DNA from: the human T2T-CHM13v2.0 reference genome, Homo sapiens
Length of the DNA: 64,000 bases
Assembly (NCBI RefSeq): GCF_009914755.1
Contig: NC_060936.1
Direction: 5' to 3' (one strand)
Below the pieces are notes generated by a model. That model saw nothing but the letters and a program-made list of their open reading frames with translations, was not told where the DNA came from and made no database searches. Of this stretch, positions 1-16,359 are shown in pieces; position 1 is the stretch's first letter; every line of letters begins with the position of its first letter. The translations under genes were made by a program, and so were the position numbers.

Positions 1-70
1 GCAGCCACGGTGCTTCTTCCCGGCTGTTTGAGATCCGGGCCCCGAAGGCGGGCCCAGAGGCGAGCGCTTC
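1..70 (-). other. ZCRB1: Probable 5' end (exon 1, UTR) of the divergent gene ZCRB1
   Basis: Recall that ZCRB1 lies head-to-head with PPHLN1 on 12q12. The reverse complement (GCCGGGAAGAAGCACCGTGGCTGC) resembles the recalled ZCRB1 5'UTR. No coding sequence is in the window and the TSS is approximate. Confidence 0.55.
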
Positions 71-97
71 GCTAACGTCATTGCGCGCGCCGGAAGT

Positions 98-164
98 ACC
101 TACCTGGGATAACGGCGGCGAGCGGACGGCTGCATTTACGGGGTCTCCCGGAGGGCCAGAGTCG
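98..164 (+). other. PPHLN1: PPHLN1 exon 1 (non-coding; start approximate)
   Basis: Downstream of the ETS motif. Donor TCG|GTGAGC at 165. A weaker overlapping GT (AGA|GTCGGT) lies at 161. Confidence 0.8.
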
Positions 165-1329
165 GTGAGCGCTTTTTACCTTTCCCAGAGATGGATGCAG
201 AGCGTGTGCGGGCTGCTAAACGGGGGGGAGTGGGCGGGAGTTTTCTGTGTCGGGTCCTGGATTCTCCTGCCTTTGAATTGTGCGACAATTCTGCCCATGC
301 GGTTGAGGGTGGAGAGACGCAGTGGAGTTTGGAATAAAGGGAAGTATTGAGTCTAAGATAGGGGTTCGCCTCTCTGTAGCGCCTTAATATGCAAGAAGAC
401 GACTGAGCTAGGTAACTTCAGTGACCCGAGAGGAGTCAGGAAGTCGGTAATTTTACTGAAGGTGTTCACGGTACCCAGCTATTAGGCACTTTGGGAACTA
501 CAAAATAAACAGACCTTTTATGTTTTGTTTTGTTTTGTTTTCTGGTGAAGATCTCAGTCTAGTTGGGGAGACGAGGTCAACTTGGGGAGAGTTGGATTCA
601 CAGAATGACTCATCTTTAGTATGGGTATGGACAAGTGTTGATCTTCTTGGCACCTTTTCTCTTCCTGTAAATCTATAATGGCTACGCACTGCTTTTTCTC
701 TAAGAGGCCATAACATGCCCACCATTCCTACAGAAAAATCAGAACGTAATGCAAGGTAATTTATACTTCTGCCTACCAGCACATACAGACCAGGCCTCTA
801 ACCACTCCCTGGGAGCCTGCGTTCCAGCAGCCTGGAACCCACAGCCTCTCCTGGAGCCTGCACAATCAATCCAGAGTGAAGCCGATGTCTTCTATAGAGA
901 CGGAAGTACAATCCATCCAGGGCGCAGCTGAATTTTGAGAGGCCTGAATGCCTCCGTGGCCGACAGGAGACCGCTGGCACTAATTCTCTAGGCATACTTG
1001 TGGCCAGCCAAACTTACCATGCTTTACATCTCTGTTATCCTTGGTTACCGCCCAAGATGTAAGCTTCTGTGGTCTTCTGTGCTATAGTCTCATTTCCATG
1101 CTGCTTTGTGCTTTCTTTCGACTTAGGCTATCACTGCTTCTTCGTTTCTTCCCCATTTAACCCCTCAACACCCCATCTGTGCTTTCTGAAACCTCTATTT
1201 CCTGCTTAAACTATTTTACATATTCAACTTCTTTAGTGAAATTCTCCTTCATCTCCTAACCTTAACTATTGATAACACGTAGATTTTCCTGCCAGCCATT
1301 TCAGTTGAGCCCTTTCTCTGACCCTGCAT

Positions 1330-1737
1330 TTAAAGGTTGGGCATGGCTGTAGCCATGTTGAACGGATTTCAATTCCTCAGAATACTTTCTTCCCTCAGTA
1401 TCTTCACAAAGGCTCTTTTCTCTCTCTGGGACATTTGAGCTCCCTGTTTCCTCCTATCTTTTTCTGGATAACTTCTATTAAAGATCTGAGTTTAGCTGTC
1501 ACTTTACTTGAGGGGTATACCCTAACTTCCATAGAGTTAGGTATTTTTGCTATGTACTCTTAGCTGTCCTGCACTTCCCTCACGGCATTTATCACATGTA
1601 TCTTAATTGCTTCTTTGCCATCCCTACTAAGCGAGACTGTCGGTGAGGGACTGTGTTTGTCTCGTTTATCTTTGTAACTCCAGTAGCTAATACAGTTCTT
1701 GGCACATAAGACAGTCAGTTATTTCTTGAATGATTGC
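1330..1737 (+). mobile_element. L2 LINE 3' fragment
   Basis: Degenerate L2 3' end (gagggactgtgtttgtctcgttt...cttggcacataag...ttgaatga). Confidence 0.6.
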
Positions 1738-1754
1738 AGGTGCTGAAGGTATGC

Positions 1755-2025
1755 TGCAGAGATCAGGCAGTTAACGTTAATGAATACTTCACCCTTAGAA
1801 GGGGTCACCTGCCACTCAGCTACAGCTGATTGTGGCTATGTGAGAATATGATCCCAGTTTTGCCAGAACATCTAATTTTTTCAAAAAAAGTTGGAAATAC
1901 CATTTTTTAAAAAGCATCCTCTCCCAGTTTTTAAATGTTGTCAGTGGAATAGAATTTTATTAAAAAAAAAAAAGTGGGTCAAACACAAGTCTCATATGGC
2001 CTATCAGTCACTAGTTTGGAATCTG
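1755..2025. mobile_element. MER102-like hAT-Charlie DNA transposon relic
   Basis: ctgccactcagctacagctgattg...cccagttttgccaga motif. Confidence 0.55.
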
Positions 2026-2630
2026 TTTTAAGTCTTGTAGGGTTTATATAATGGGCTTTGTGGAGAATAATAGGTTTTGAGTTGGGCCTTGATGGACCGT
2101 TGGATGTTGAATGAGAGAATGGAAAAAGATATCCCGTTTGGAAAATAAACAGCTCCGTGGTAGTATGTGTTAGTCTGTTTGTGGCACAGTAAGGAAACAG
2201 GCATAATTATATGCTTTTGGAGAGAATAGAAGGTTAGATATAATAGAAGGAGGCATATGGAAGATAGAAGTTTGGATTTATTATGGTTAATAAAAAACCT
2301 CTTGGATTCTTGATCCTGGAAACTTCACATTATGAATATGCGTTAACAGTTGATTATCCTTTTTTAGGGTAAAATGGAGGGTAAAACACTGGAAGGAGGC
2401 TGACCGGTTAAGGCCTTAACTTCCATCCATATATGAAATAAAATTCAGATTTATAAATATTATATGTAGGCAGACATCTGGCATTTTTGTTTACTTGTGT
2501 AATTTCAGTTAATTGATCAATTATAATGGACAATCAGGGATCTCCTACTAAGTTTAGTGCAGTACATTCGGGCTTATAAAAGAAGTATCCTTAAAGCGTT
2601 GGAAAGTCAAGTGACTTGTGAAACTAGTAG

Positions 2631-2948
<318 letters not shown>

Positions 2949-3000
2949 CCAGCATCAGTTAATTTTTTTTTTTCAATGACCTTAACTAATTATGTTCTAA

Positions 3001-3339
<339 letters not shown>

Positions 3340-3471
3340 TGGAATTTCAAATATTTTCTAATAGAAACATTAGAATATTAATTCACTCTGAATACTGAGC
3401 ACAGTGTGCAAATTGTTCTAGGAGCTTAATATTCATCAGTGAACAAATAGACATTCCTGCTTTTTATTATT

Positions 3472-3623
3472 ATTAGCATTAATAATCTAAGATACTATAT
3501 AGTGTACTTTTAATACAGATTAAACCCTCACTACTAGAAATACTACTAGTAGAAATATTACTAGTGAGGGACTAATGTGTATTAAAAGTACATTATGTGG
3601 TATCTTAGATTATTAGTGCTAAT
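3472..3623. repeat. 152-bp imperfect palindrome centred on CTACT|AGTAG
   Basis: Arms 3472-3533 and 3562-3623 are reverse complements at 55 of 62 positions with no gaps. Confidence 0.95.
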
Positions 3624-3712
3624 TAAAGATAGCACGATTGGGGGATCTGTTATAAGTGACATTAAGAAGGTGACATTGAAGGGCAGGAAAGTTAATTCCA
3701 CAGATACCTGGA

Positions 3713-5029
<1,317 letters not shown>

Positions 5030-5697
5030 TCTGGAGAAGAATATTCTGTGCAGGGAATTGCCAGTGCAAAGACCTATGTTCATCTGAAGTTTGAGGTCAA
5101 TGTGACTTTGCTGTTCAGTAACTCTAGTTGGCTATCAATAGTTGTTGAAAGAATATAAAAAGCGAAGGAATGAGTTTTGGTGGGGAGGGGAAGCTATTTA
5201 TCCTGAGTGTATTTAATAATGGAAACTGACTAGATTGGAATGCAGAGTTACTATAGCCTAAGTTGCTACTATAACCAGTTTGGTTAAAATGAAAAAACAG
5301 ATCCATTATCTTGACTTTGGATTCAGAGTGTTAATGGTTTGACAGAAGGATATTGCCTATGACTTTGTTTTCTCAATTTCCATGACACTTTTGCTTAGAG
5401 TGCAAGTCCTCCATACTCTCTCAGCCCTCAGTTGAAGTTAACATAACAGTGGTTGGATAGCCCAGTGGAGTGCTCTAAGAAAGGCTTCTTTTCTTTCTGG
5501 AATTAAATATCCCATGATGGTATATTAAACATACCGTCTTCATTGAATATGGCATAAGAGAAAGAGATTTTTATAATCCATAACCAGTTATTAGCGCACT
5601 TCTGAATGAAGCTTGTATTCTCCACACTGAGTTCTAATTCTGTTCTTTGCCTAATTGTGATGTAGAGGGTCCTTCTATTGTTCTGTTGATTCTTCAG

Positions 5698-5783
5698 TTT
5701 GAATATCTTGTTGGCTTAGATAACTTTTCTGGAGTACCATCGAAACTGCACTGATATGAGGAGATGTAGTGATGATGTGGCAG
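5698..5783 (+). other. PPHLN1: Candidate alternative 5' exon (86 nt) carrying an ATG in frame with exon 2
   Basis: Acceptor ttctgttgattcttcag|, donor CAG|GTAACA. ATG at 5756 gives MRRCSDDVA plus G, phase 1. Confidence 0.4.
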
Positions 5784-5943
5784 GTAACATGATCACTCAC
5801 TGGGAGTCTGAACACCTTTGTATAAATGTAACTGATTGGTCAATTTCCTAAGCCTGGATAATATCATAAACAACATATGCCGCTAATCAGGAAGCTTGCT
5901 GTACTTATCAGCTATTTTTAAATCCTTTAAAAATTACAAGGTT

Positions 5944-6160
5944 CTAGCATGGGGGCAACATAGTAAGACCATGACTTGATAAAAAATAAAATTAGCCAGG
6001 TGTGGTGGTATGCCTGTGGTTCCAGCTACTAGGGAGGTTGAGTCGGGAGGATCACTTGAGCCCAGGAGGTCAAGGCTACAGTGAGGTGTGTTTGCCCCAC
6101 TGCATTCCCGCCTGGGCAACAGAGTGAGACCTTGTCTAAGGAAAAGAAAGAAAAAGAAAA
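5944..6160 (+). mobile_element. 5'-truncated AluJ
   Basis: Alu right arm plus A-rich tail. Confidence 0.9.
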
Positions 6161-6594
6161 TTGCAAGTTTCCATTTGAATATAAGGTGATATTAGTGTAT
6201 TCTGTCTTCTAATTACCATAGGAGATGGTAATTTTCATCATACTAAACTATGGAGGTATTTTGAAGTCATTGTTTACAATAACAGCTAAAAACAACCTTA
6301 AACATCTAGTACAATCTCAGAGATAAGGATAAGAGAGATGACCTGCCCAGCTCTCAACTGGCAAAATTCTAGACTAGACTTCTAGGACTAGAATTCTGTT
6401 ATTATAATTTTGTTCTTATGAAACTTGGGTGGCCTCTGGTGGCCAAAATGATATCTTCTATTTTCAAGAGTGTGTTTGAAGCGAGTTTGGCCTGAGAGTT
6501 CTGTTTATACAATTAATGAAGATTTAATTATTTCTCTATATTGGTTGGTTTATACAGACACAAATCTTTACGTCTGTATTTCCCCCCCTTACAG

Positions 6595-6637
6595 GAAATT
6601 GTTGAAAACGTTAAATTTGATTCCTAAAAGGACTCAA
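6595..6637 (+). other. PPHLN1: Alternative 5' exon (43 nt) ending in A; creates an ATG when joined to exon 2
   Basis: Acceptor tttcccccccttacag|, donor CAA|GTAAGT. A + TGGCTTAC = ATG GCT TAC, giving MAYRRDEMWSE, which matches my recall of a PPHLN1 isoform N-terminus. Confidence 0.7.
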
Positions 6638-6869
6638 GTAAGTATAGTATAGTAGTATTTAATATAGTAGTTATTGTTACATTTTTTGTGGGACACCGGT
6701 AAATTTTAATATTTCAGTATTAAACTACATACTATTTCTTTAGAACTCTTATTGTTTATTTTTCTCATTTATTACAAAACCTTATTTTTATTTACATTCT
6801 CCTTTAGTATATTAATTTACATTCATCATTTTTATCATCACTTCACATGTTATGCTTATTGAATGATTT

Positions 6870-7960
<1,091 letters not shown>

Positions 7961-8764
7961 ATTTGACTTTACTTCATTGCTGTTACTATTTCTCTGTACT
8001 GTATCTTAAAAAGGATAAAATCTAACTCTTTAGACTGAAACCTTTAGTGGATTCAGTAAAGGTGGGGGAGGAGGAGTAATGTTGACAATTTACTTCCCTT
8101 TCAAGCTTCCATAGTTCTTGCACCTAAAAGACTGATTGCTTGGAATCATACATTATTAAATGAGGTCTTATTGTAGACAGAGAATTCAGTTTTATTCATG
8201 CATAATGTTAAAAGCTAATTTTTTTCTCTTGAATGTGTGTCTTGAGAAAAAGTTAATTTTTAATTTAAAGTAAGATTTCCTAGGCATCTTTGGCTAGTTA
8301 ATTCATTATATTGGGTCTGTTTGTATTAGAAAATATTATAGTTGTGTTTTTGCAGAGAAAATTGGTTGCTTTGCTATAATAATATCAAGAAAAAAAGTTG
8401 CACCCTTCTTCCAGCCTTTAATTTTTCCTTAACTTAAACTAACTGAACCATTAGAATTCTATAGCTGTTCTGTACTGTCAAAATGGAGTAGCTATCTGTT
8501 TGCCCCTCCCTTAGTATTACATTATAAGGAGCCACCAAAAATCTTTTGACATTAAGTCTTTTTTGAAATGTGTTTCTTCTTCACATATCTGTGCCCTACT
8601 TTCTGTGTACTGAAAGGTACTAACTTACTACCTGGACCATTTTCATTTTTTGCTCATGGTGGTTCTTCTGTACATCAGGATGGTTCACAGTTCTTGGCTT
8701 AGAACCTGCTTCATGATTGCTTCACTTTCTCCTGGTTCTTCTCTGTTAACCATTTGTCATCCAC

Positions 8765-8948
8765 TCCAGAAGTTGTGAAGCTACTGCCTGCAAGCGCTAG
8801 CCTGTTTTTGTAAATCCAGTTTACACACTTATACATTTATGTGTATTGTCTATGGGTGGAGATGTGAGTAGTTGTAAAAGAGATCTGTGACCTACAAGGC
8901 CGAAAATATTTGTCTGATCTTTTGAAGAAAAATTTGCCAACTTCTGAT
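8765..8948. mobile_element. MER58A-like DNA transposon
   Basis: cctgtttttgtaaat...ctacaaggccgaaaatattt...aaaaatttgccaac. Confidence 0.6.
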
Positions 8949-9839
8949 TTATAGTATTGCCATTTCATATAAATGGTCTCTTTTCCCCTACCCTATTCTC
9001 ATTTTCTCTTGTTTGCCTTGTTTACCTTGTCTTTTGTCTGTTCAGTTTCTATTGTCATCTCTTCTTGTGGCTATATACCCTTGAATTCTTTAACACCATA
9101 TTCACCTTCCTCAAAGTAGGAAGCATTTATGAAAAGAATACACCGTCCCACCCCCCCCTTCTCTGAATCCCAAACCTGAAAAATGTTGACAGAACTTTTA
9201 ATTTCACATTTTGTGAGGTGGCTTTTGCATTAAAATAAATTTATAGCGTTAAAAAAATCAGGAGTGGTTTCTTTCAGGGATTGTTGAGTGTGTTTTTGCA
9301 GGATTGTTCTTTTAACACTTTTTTCAGTTAAAAACACATTATTTAACATAGAGAGAGTAGATATATATTAAATGAAGACTGTAGAAAAGCAAAAAACTAA
9401 TGTTATTTATACGAACTATTCACCAGGAAATAGGAATAACTTTGCCGATCAGCCATTTAAACGATTCATTAAAAAATGAATCGTTTCTGTTTTTTGCTGT
9501 AGGAGAATGAAGAAGTATTTGTGGTCTGAAGTGTGCCACCAATTTCCTCCCATAATTGATGGCAACAATCTCTTTGAAGCTTTAAATAGTCTTGCCTAAG
9601 AAGGAAGATAGGGCTTTCCGTGTTTTTTTTTTTTTTTTTTTTTAAAGAAAATCTCAAAATTGTTTGGAAGAAACATTCTTTCTTTTGGTCACTTTCATTT
9701 TTTTTTTTTCTCTTAAGATCTCTGGAAAATATTTGTGTTGGAAAGTAATCATTTACTCCTTCCTTACCTTTTCTGTTACTTCCTAGTATAAAATCCATAA
9801 TTCTTTTTTTTTTCTTTAGTGGCTTACAGAAGAGACGAA

Positions 9840-9911
9840 ATGTGGTCTGAGGGACGATATGAATATGAAAGAATTCCGAGAGAACGAGCACCTCCTCGAA
9901 GTCATCCCAGT
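9840..9911 (+). CDS. PPHLN1: Periphilin-1 coding exon 2 (exon starts 9820): MWSEGRYEYERIPRERAPPRSHPS
   Basis: Poly-T acceptor ...tttctttag| at 9818-9819, ATG at 9840, donor GTAAGT at 9912. Recognised periphilin N-terminus. Confidence 0.97.
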
Positions 9912-11185
9912 GTAAGTTACTCCTACATATTGAATGATTCAAAAACCTGGTGTCTGAATTAATTTGATACACCAAAGCTAGGCCTATTAACAAAATCTTC
10001 AAGTGTCAGAAATTTACCAGTGTAGGTTACAAAAGAGATCAAGCTTATCTTTTAAAAGTTAAAAGTTCAAAAATAAAAGACAACATTTTATTTAAGTAGA
10101 AAACTTATTATTTATATTTCTTGTTTAAATTTCTAAAATGAAGGGTTTATATTGAATTTAATTTGTGAACAAAATTACAGATTTTATAAAGATTATACCA
10201 TCAGTTAGCAAAGAAGTATTTGAGTACCTGCTCCTGCTGTTATTGGCTGTTACCTATTTTTTTCTATATTCCTAAAAATGTTACAAATTGAATATATGAA
10301 ATTCTAAAAGTAGGCTTTCATTCTAAGAGAGGAGAACTCTTCCTAGAGTGGAAACATGTTAATATCCCTTGTTAGGATTCCTGCAGGTGTGCTGTCCTGT
10401 GGTCAGGCAGTCTGACTGGTAAGTAAGAATGCCTGGAGGCTCAGGGTCAGGCAGACAGGCAGCTTCTGGTGTGCTGTCCTACTTCTTGTCTCTCGTTGCT
10501 CTGGGAATTGGGAATTTTGAGCCAAGCCTTTTCTAAGCCCAAAGAACTTACTGTTTTGTTTACTATTTCCAGTGCTACATCTAGTACTTAGCAGGTAATA
10601 GAAGCTCAATATTTATTTGAGTGAATATGTGTACTGACTCCCCAGAATTCCCTGTGGAGGTCTAAAGGAGGGTTTGGGGAAGGTTAAAAAGCTAACTTAA
10701 ACTTTTGCACAGACCCATTCTAAGCACCAAGGGACTAAGGTTGTGGTGATAGTATATGAATATATTATAGATTCATTATATACCATCAAAAGCCACAAAT
10801 ATTTATGTCTACGTTAGTTATTTTTTACTTATGTAACATTTAATCCTATAGCCCACTTAGATGGGTGGTATCGTCTTTAGGTTTGTCGTTGTCCTAGATT
10901 ACAATCCAGGTTGGGGTTGATTTAAAATGATTTAAGATGGAAAAAATAAAGATGCCCATTATACTTCAGGATGGCCAGACTTAATTATTACTATATGTCA
11001 TTTATTTCCAGGTGAATTTGTAGACTTCATGTTTTCAATCAAAATCCCAATGTTTTTATTTATATTTTTTACTTGATAAGGTTATTCTGTAGTTTACCTG
11101 TAGGGAAAAGGGATGACTTTTTTCTTTATCTCCCCTCTCCCCTCTGCCACTCTGCCAAGGATATATCCCATTAGGAATTGTTCTG

Positions 11186-12163
<978 letters not shown>

Positions 12164-13454
12164 CCATTAGGAGTTTTAAATTCTGTGTTTTGAAGATACT
12201 TAAAAGGGTTTTCTGTGTGGTTATGCCATCAACTGGGCACCAGTCTGTAGGATTGTGTGCTTTATTACTTTGGGACTGGGGAAAGCAGGTTATTGTATCG
12301 ATTTAAGATTGTAAGATGAGTAGTGGATCCAGGGGATAAGGATGTTGAAGGTGCTGACCCAGAAAATTATTGAAGTAATACACCATTTGGTGTTGGCTGA
12401 TAAAGAAAGAGAGTGAGGCTGAGAGGGACAGGAAATTGAAAGAATGAGTGGTTGAGGGACAGGAAAGGCTTAGGAAAGGCTTTGGTATGGTAGAAAGATA
12501 GGCAATCGGTATTTTAGAGTGTGGGGTTTCCAAGATGGAACAGTTTTGAGTGAAGTTCAGTGTGTGACAATGAGAATAGAGAGCTAGTGTAAGTTACTGG
12601 AGTTGAGAGCAATGAAACTATTAGGATAGACTTTAGATTTGTGATTTAGATCAGAAGCTCTCAATCCTTGTTGTACGTTAAAATTTCCTAGAGAGCTCTT
12701 TAGTAACACTGTATGGGCCCCGTCTTAGATAATTAAATTATTGTCTCTTTGGGTGTGATGTGGACCTCAGTATTGTTTAAAAGTTCAAGTGATTCTTACA
12801 TGCAGAATTTAAAAAATACAGATGTATTTGAATTGAAGTCATAGTGACAGGAGTTGAGGTAAAAATGACAGGTGATGGAAGTCTTTAATGAATCAGCATA
12901 TTGCGGAAAAATCTAAACAAAACCATTTTCATTTAATACTATCTGTGTTTGTGTAAATATGAAACAGAGGCTTCTTATCCCTCATAAAATAATTTTATCA
13001 GAAGCAAGCAGGTAGGGAGATATTGTCCTTAAAATCAGACTAGATGTATTCAGCTGTCTCTTAAATGCCTAAAGGTAAACCTTACTTCCTTAAGTTAACT
13101 GGCTGCTTGGTTCCTCATGGAGGAGCCTAGATTGTTTTTCTCTTTTTGAGAGCACAGGACCTGACCAGACCTTGTACAGGTTCGTTTCTCTCCTTTTTCT
13201 TCAATTCCATTAGATTGGTCTTTCTGTTCCCCCAATCAGCCTCTCCTAGTTTATACAAATCCTTCTTTCTGTATATCCATATCCCTCCTTCCCAAGACTC
13301 AGGTGCATTTTTTTTTTCTGGTGCACTTGGCCTTATTTTGGTTAGTAATTTAAAGCCTTCTCTTTCCCTCAATACATTGTACCCCTTAGATGGCTCTTGA
13401 AAATTATCCCCTGTGCCTTCTGTGTTACACCTGCATCTTAGTTAAATAAAGTGT

Positions 13455-13890
13455 AGATTCTTAACCTTTTTTTGTGCGATGGATCCCTTTAGCTGTCTGG
13501 TGAAGCCTATGGATCCCTTCTCAGAATAACATTTTTAAACCTATAAATAAAATGCACAGAACTAAGTGCACTTACATTTGAGAATGATTATCAAGCTATT
13601 AAAAACCAAATTTGTGATACAGTAATACATAGTTCTTTAGTAGGTCATTAAATATCAAAAGCTACTGGTGGTGGTTTCATTGCTGTAATTTCAAAGTAGT
13701 GATGAGTGTTACAAATGATATTTTGCAATACCTGTAACAGCTAGATGTAACATGGTATAAAATTATCTGTGATCTCTTTTGGTAACAAAGTCACAGATAC
13801 ATCTACTGCTGTTGTTATTATCTAAAGTTAGTTGAAAAAAGTAATTTTGTGTTCACATCTCATTTAATGGACCCACTGAATCTTTGGGTT
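13455..13890. mobile_element. hAT-Charlie-type DNA transposon relic
   Basis: attcttaacctttt...atggatcccttt...gtgaagcctatggatcccttctcagaataa. Confidence 0.55.
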
Positions 13891-13963
13891 AAAGTAATTG
13901 AACTAGAAATGTAAATAGTTATACTTTCTTACTTTAATAAAAATATAACTTATTAAAAGCTTA

Positions 13964-14269
<306 letters not shown>

Positions 14270-14329
14270 GATTTAAAAATATTTGCTTAGATAATCTAGT
14301 TATTTTAAAAACCATATTAGCATATCATA

Positions 14330-14750
14330 TTGATGTATATGAGAAAGTTCATAAGAAGCATTATTTGTAAGAGCTTCAAACTGACAACAAACCAGATGTC
14401 CAACAGTGAAGTTGATTGTTTAAATTATACACCAATGAGAATCAATGGGCTACTGCCAAGTGCAACAACATGGATAAACTTCACAAATATAATATTAAAA
14501 GAAAGAAGTCAGTCACAAGAGTTTATTCTGCGTGTTTCATTTTATGTAACATTCCAAAACAAGTGAAACTAGCTGGGAAAGTGGTTTCTTTTGGGAAGAG
14601 GCAGTAGTGACTGGGAGACCGCACAATGAACGATTTTGCTGCGCTGGGAATATTCTCTTTCTTAATCTGGGTGGTACTTACACCTTGTGAAATTTATCCA
14701 TTTGTGATTTGTACACTTTTTTATATGTATGGCATACCTCAAAAGTTTTG
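14330..14750 (+). mobile_element. L1ME 3' fragment
   Basis: caacaacatggataaacttcacaaatataatattaaaagaaagaagtcagtcacaagag. Confidence 0.7.
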
Positions 14751-14789
14751 AAAAGGCAGATTTTTTTTGCAAAATATAAAACTAGTTAA

Positions 14790-15218
<429 letters not shown>

Positions 15219-15558
15219 TCTCCGTTTTTTCTTAGTACACTCTTTGCCCCATTTATGATCAATTCTGATACAAAATAAATGTATTTGAGGAACTACTAGA
15301 TGTGATATAAAGTGCAACGTGAAGTGGTGACTGTTGGGAAGGTAAGGTACCTTCTGTAGTAGTATGACCTCGTTAATAAAAGCAGCTGTTTTCTGAGTTT
15401 CTAGCCTTGATAAACCTGAAAAGACAATTGAACACTAATATACTTTGGTTTTGATGTTAAATTATACTTAATTTGAGTTTTGGCAAACTTATCCTCAATA
15501 TACAGCTTAACAAATGTACCAGTCATTATTTTAGCACTTTATGGTATGCTTTTAAATT

Positions 15559-15860
15559 ATTATTATTATTATTATTTTTTGAGGCGGAGTCTGGCTCTAT
15601 CGCCCAGGCTGGAGTGCAGCGGGCGATCTCGGCTCACTGCAAGCTCCGCCTCCCGGGTTCACGCCATTCTTCTGCCTCAGCCTCCCGAGTAGCTGGGACT
15701 ATAGGCACCTGCCACCACGCCCGGCTAATTTTTTGTATTTTTGGTAGAGACGGGGTTTCACCGTGTTAGCCAGGATGGTCTCGATCTCCTGACCTCGTGA
15801 TCCGCCTGCCTTGGCCTCCCAAAGTGCTAGGATTATAGGTGTGAGCCATCGCGCCCAGCC
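15559..15860 (-). mobile_element. AluY-like
   Basis: TSD gcttttaaatt at 15548 and 15861. (TTA)n tail. Confidence 0.95.
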
Positions 15861-16170
15861 GCTTTTAAATTCTTTATGTATAAATAGTAAGTCACTTTTA
15901 TAAGGGGCTTTCACAGAAATTTTTATTTGGCCTTAAACTTGGGTAGGTAGGTAGCAGACTAAAGTTCAAAGAAGTGCACTACAGAGATTTTGTATGTAAA
16001 TATATATGCTTCTTCTATAGGAAGGAAATCAGTCACCACAGAATATCTACACTTCTAGGTACCTGTAAAGCTCTTGTTTTTAAAGCATGCTTTCTGTCTT
16101 TAAACCTATAATTTCTATGAGCTTAGTTATCTGATTTCTTAACCTTTATCAAGTTTTGTGACAGAATGGC

Positions 16171-16359
16171 ATTCATTCATTCATTCATTCATTCATTCGT
16201 TCATATGTACATACACACAGGGTCTTGCTATGTCATCCAGCTGAAGTGCAGTGGAGCAGCCACAGCTCACTGCAGCCTCAGACCCCTGGGCTCAAGTGAT
16301 CCTCTCACCTTGGCCTCCCAGATCGTTGGGATTACAGGCATGAGGCACCATGCCCAGCC
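16171..16359 (-). mobile_element. Alu monomer (FRAM-like) with (ATTC)n tail
   Basis: Single arm. TSD cagaatggc. Confidence 0.85.

Larger units (their letters stand above)
1..300. promoter_or_regulatory. CpG-rich core promoter, probably bidirectional (PPHLN1/ZCRB1)
   Basis: High CpG density. CCGGAAGT (ETS/GABPA) at 90-97, TAACGTCA (CRE/ATF-like) at 73-80, TGCGCGCGC (NRF1-like) at 82-90. No TATA box. Lies directly upstream of the exon-1 donor. Confidence 0.85.

Noticed and set aside
734-760. 22-nt mini-exon with ATG CAA G in frame to exon 2
   Set aside because: Weak acceptor; the frame match is expected by chance.
9469-10002. 177-aa minus-strand ORF across exon 2
   Set aside because: Poly-Lys runs come from intronic poly-T tracts; no recognisable protein.
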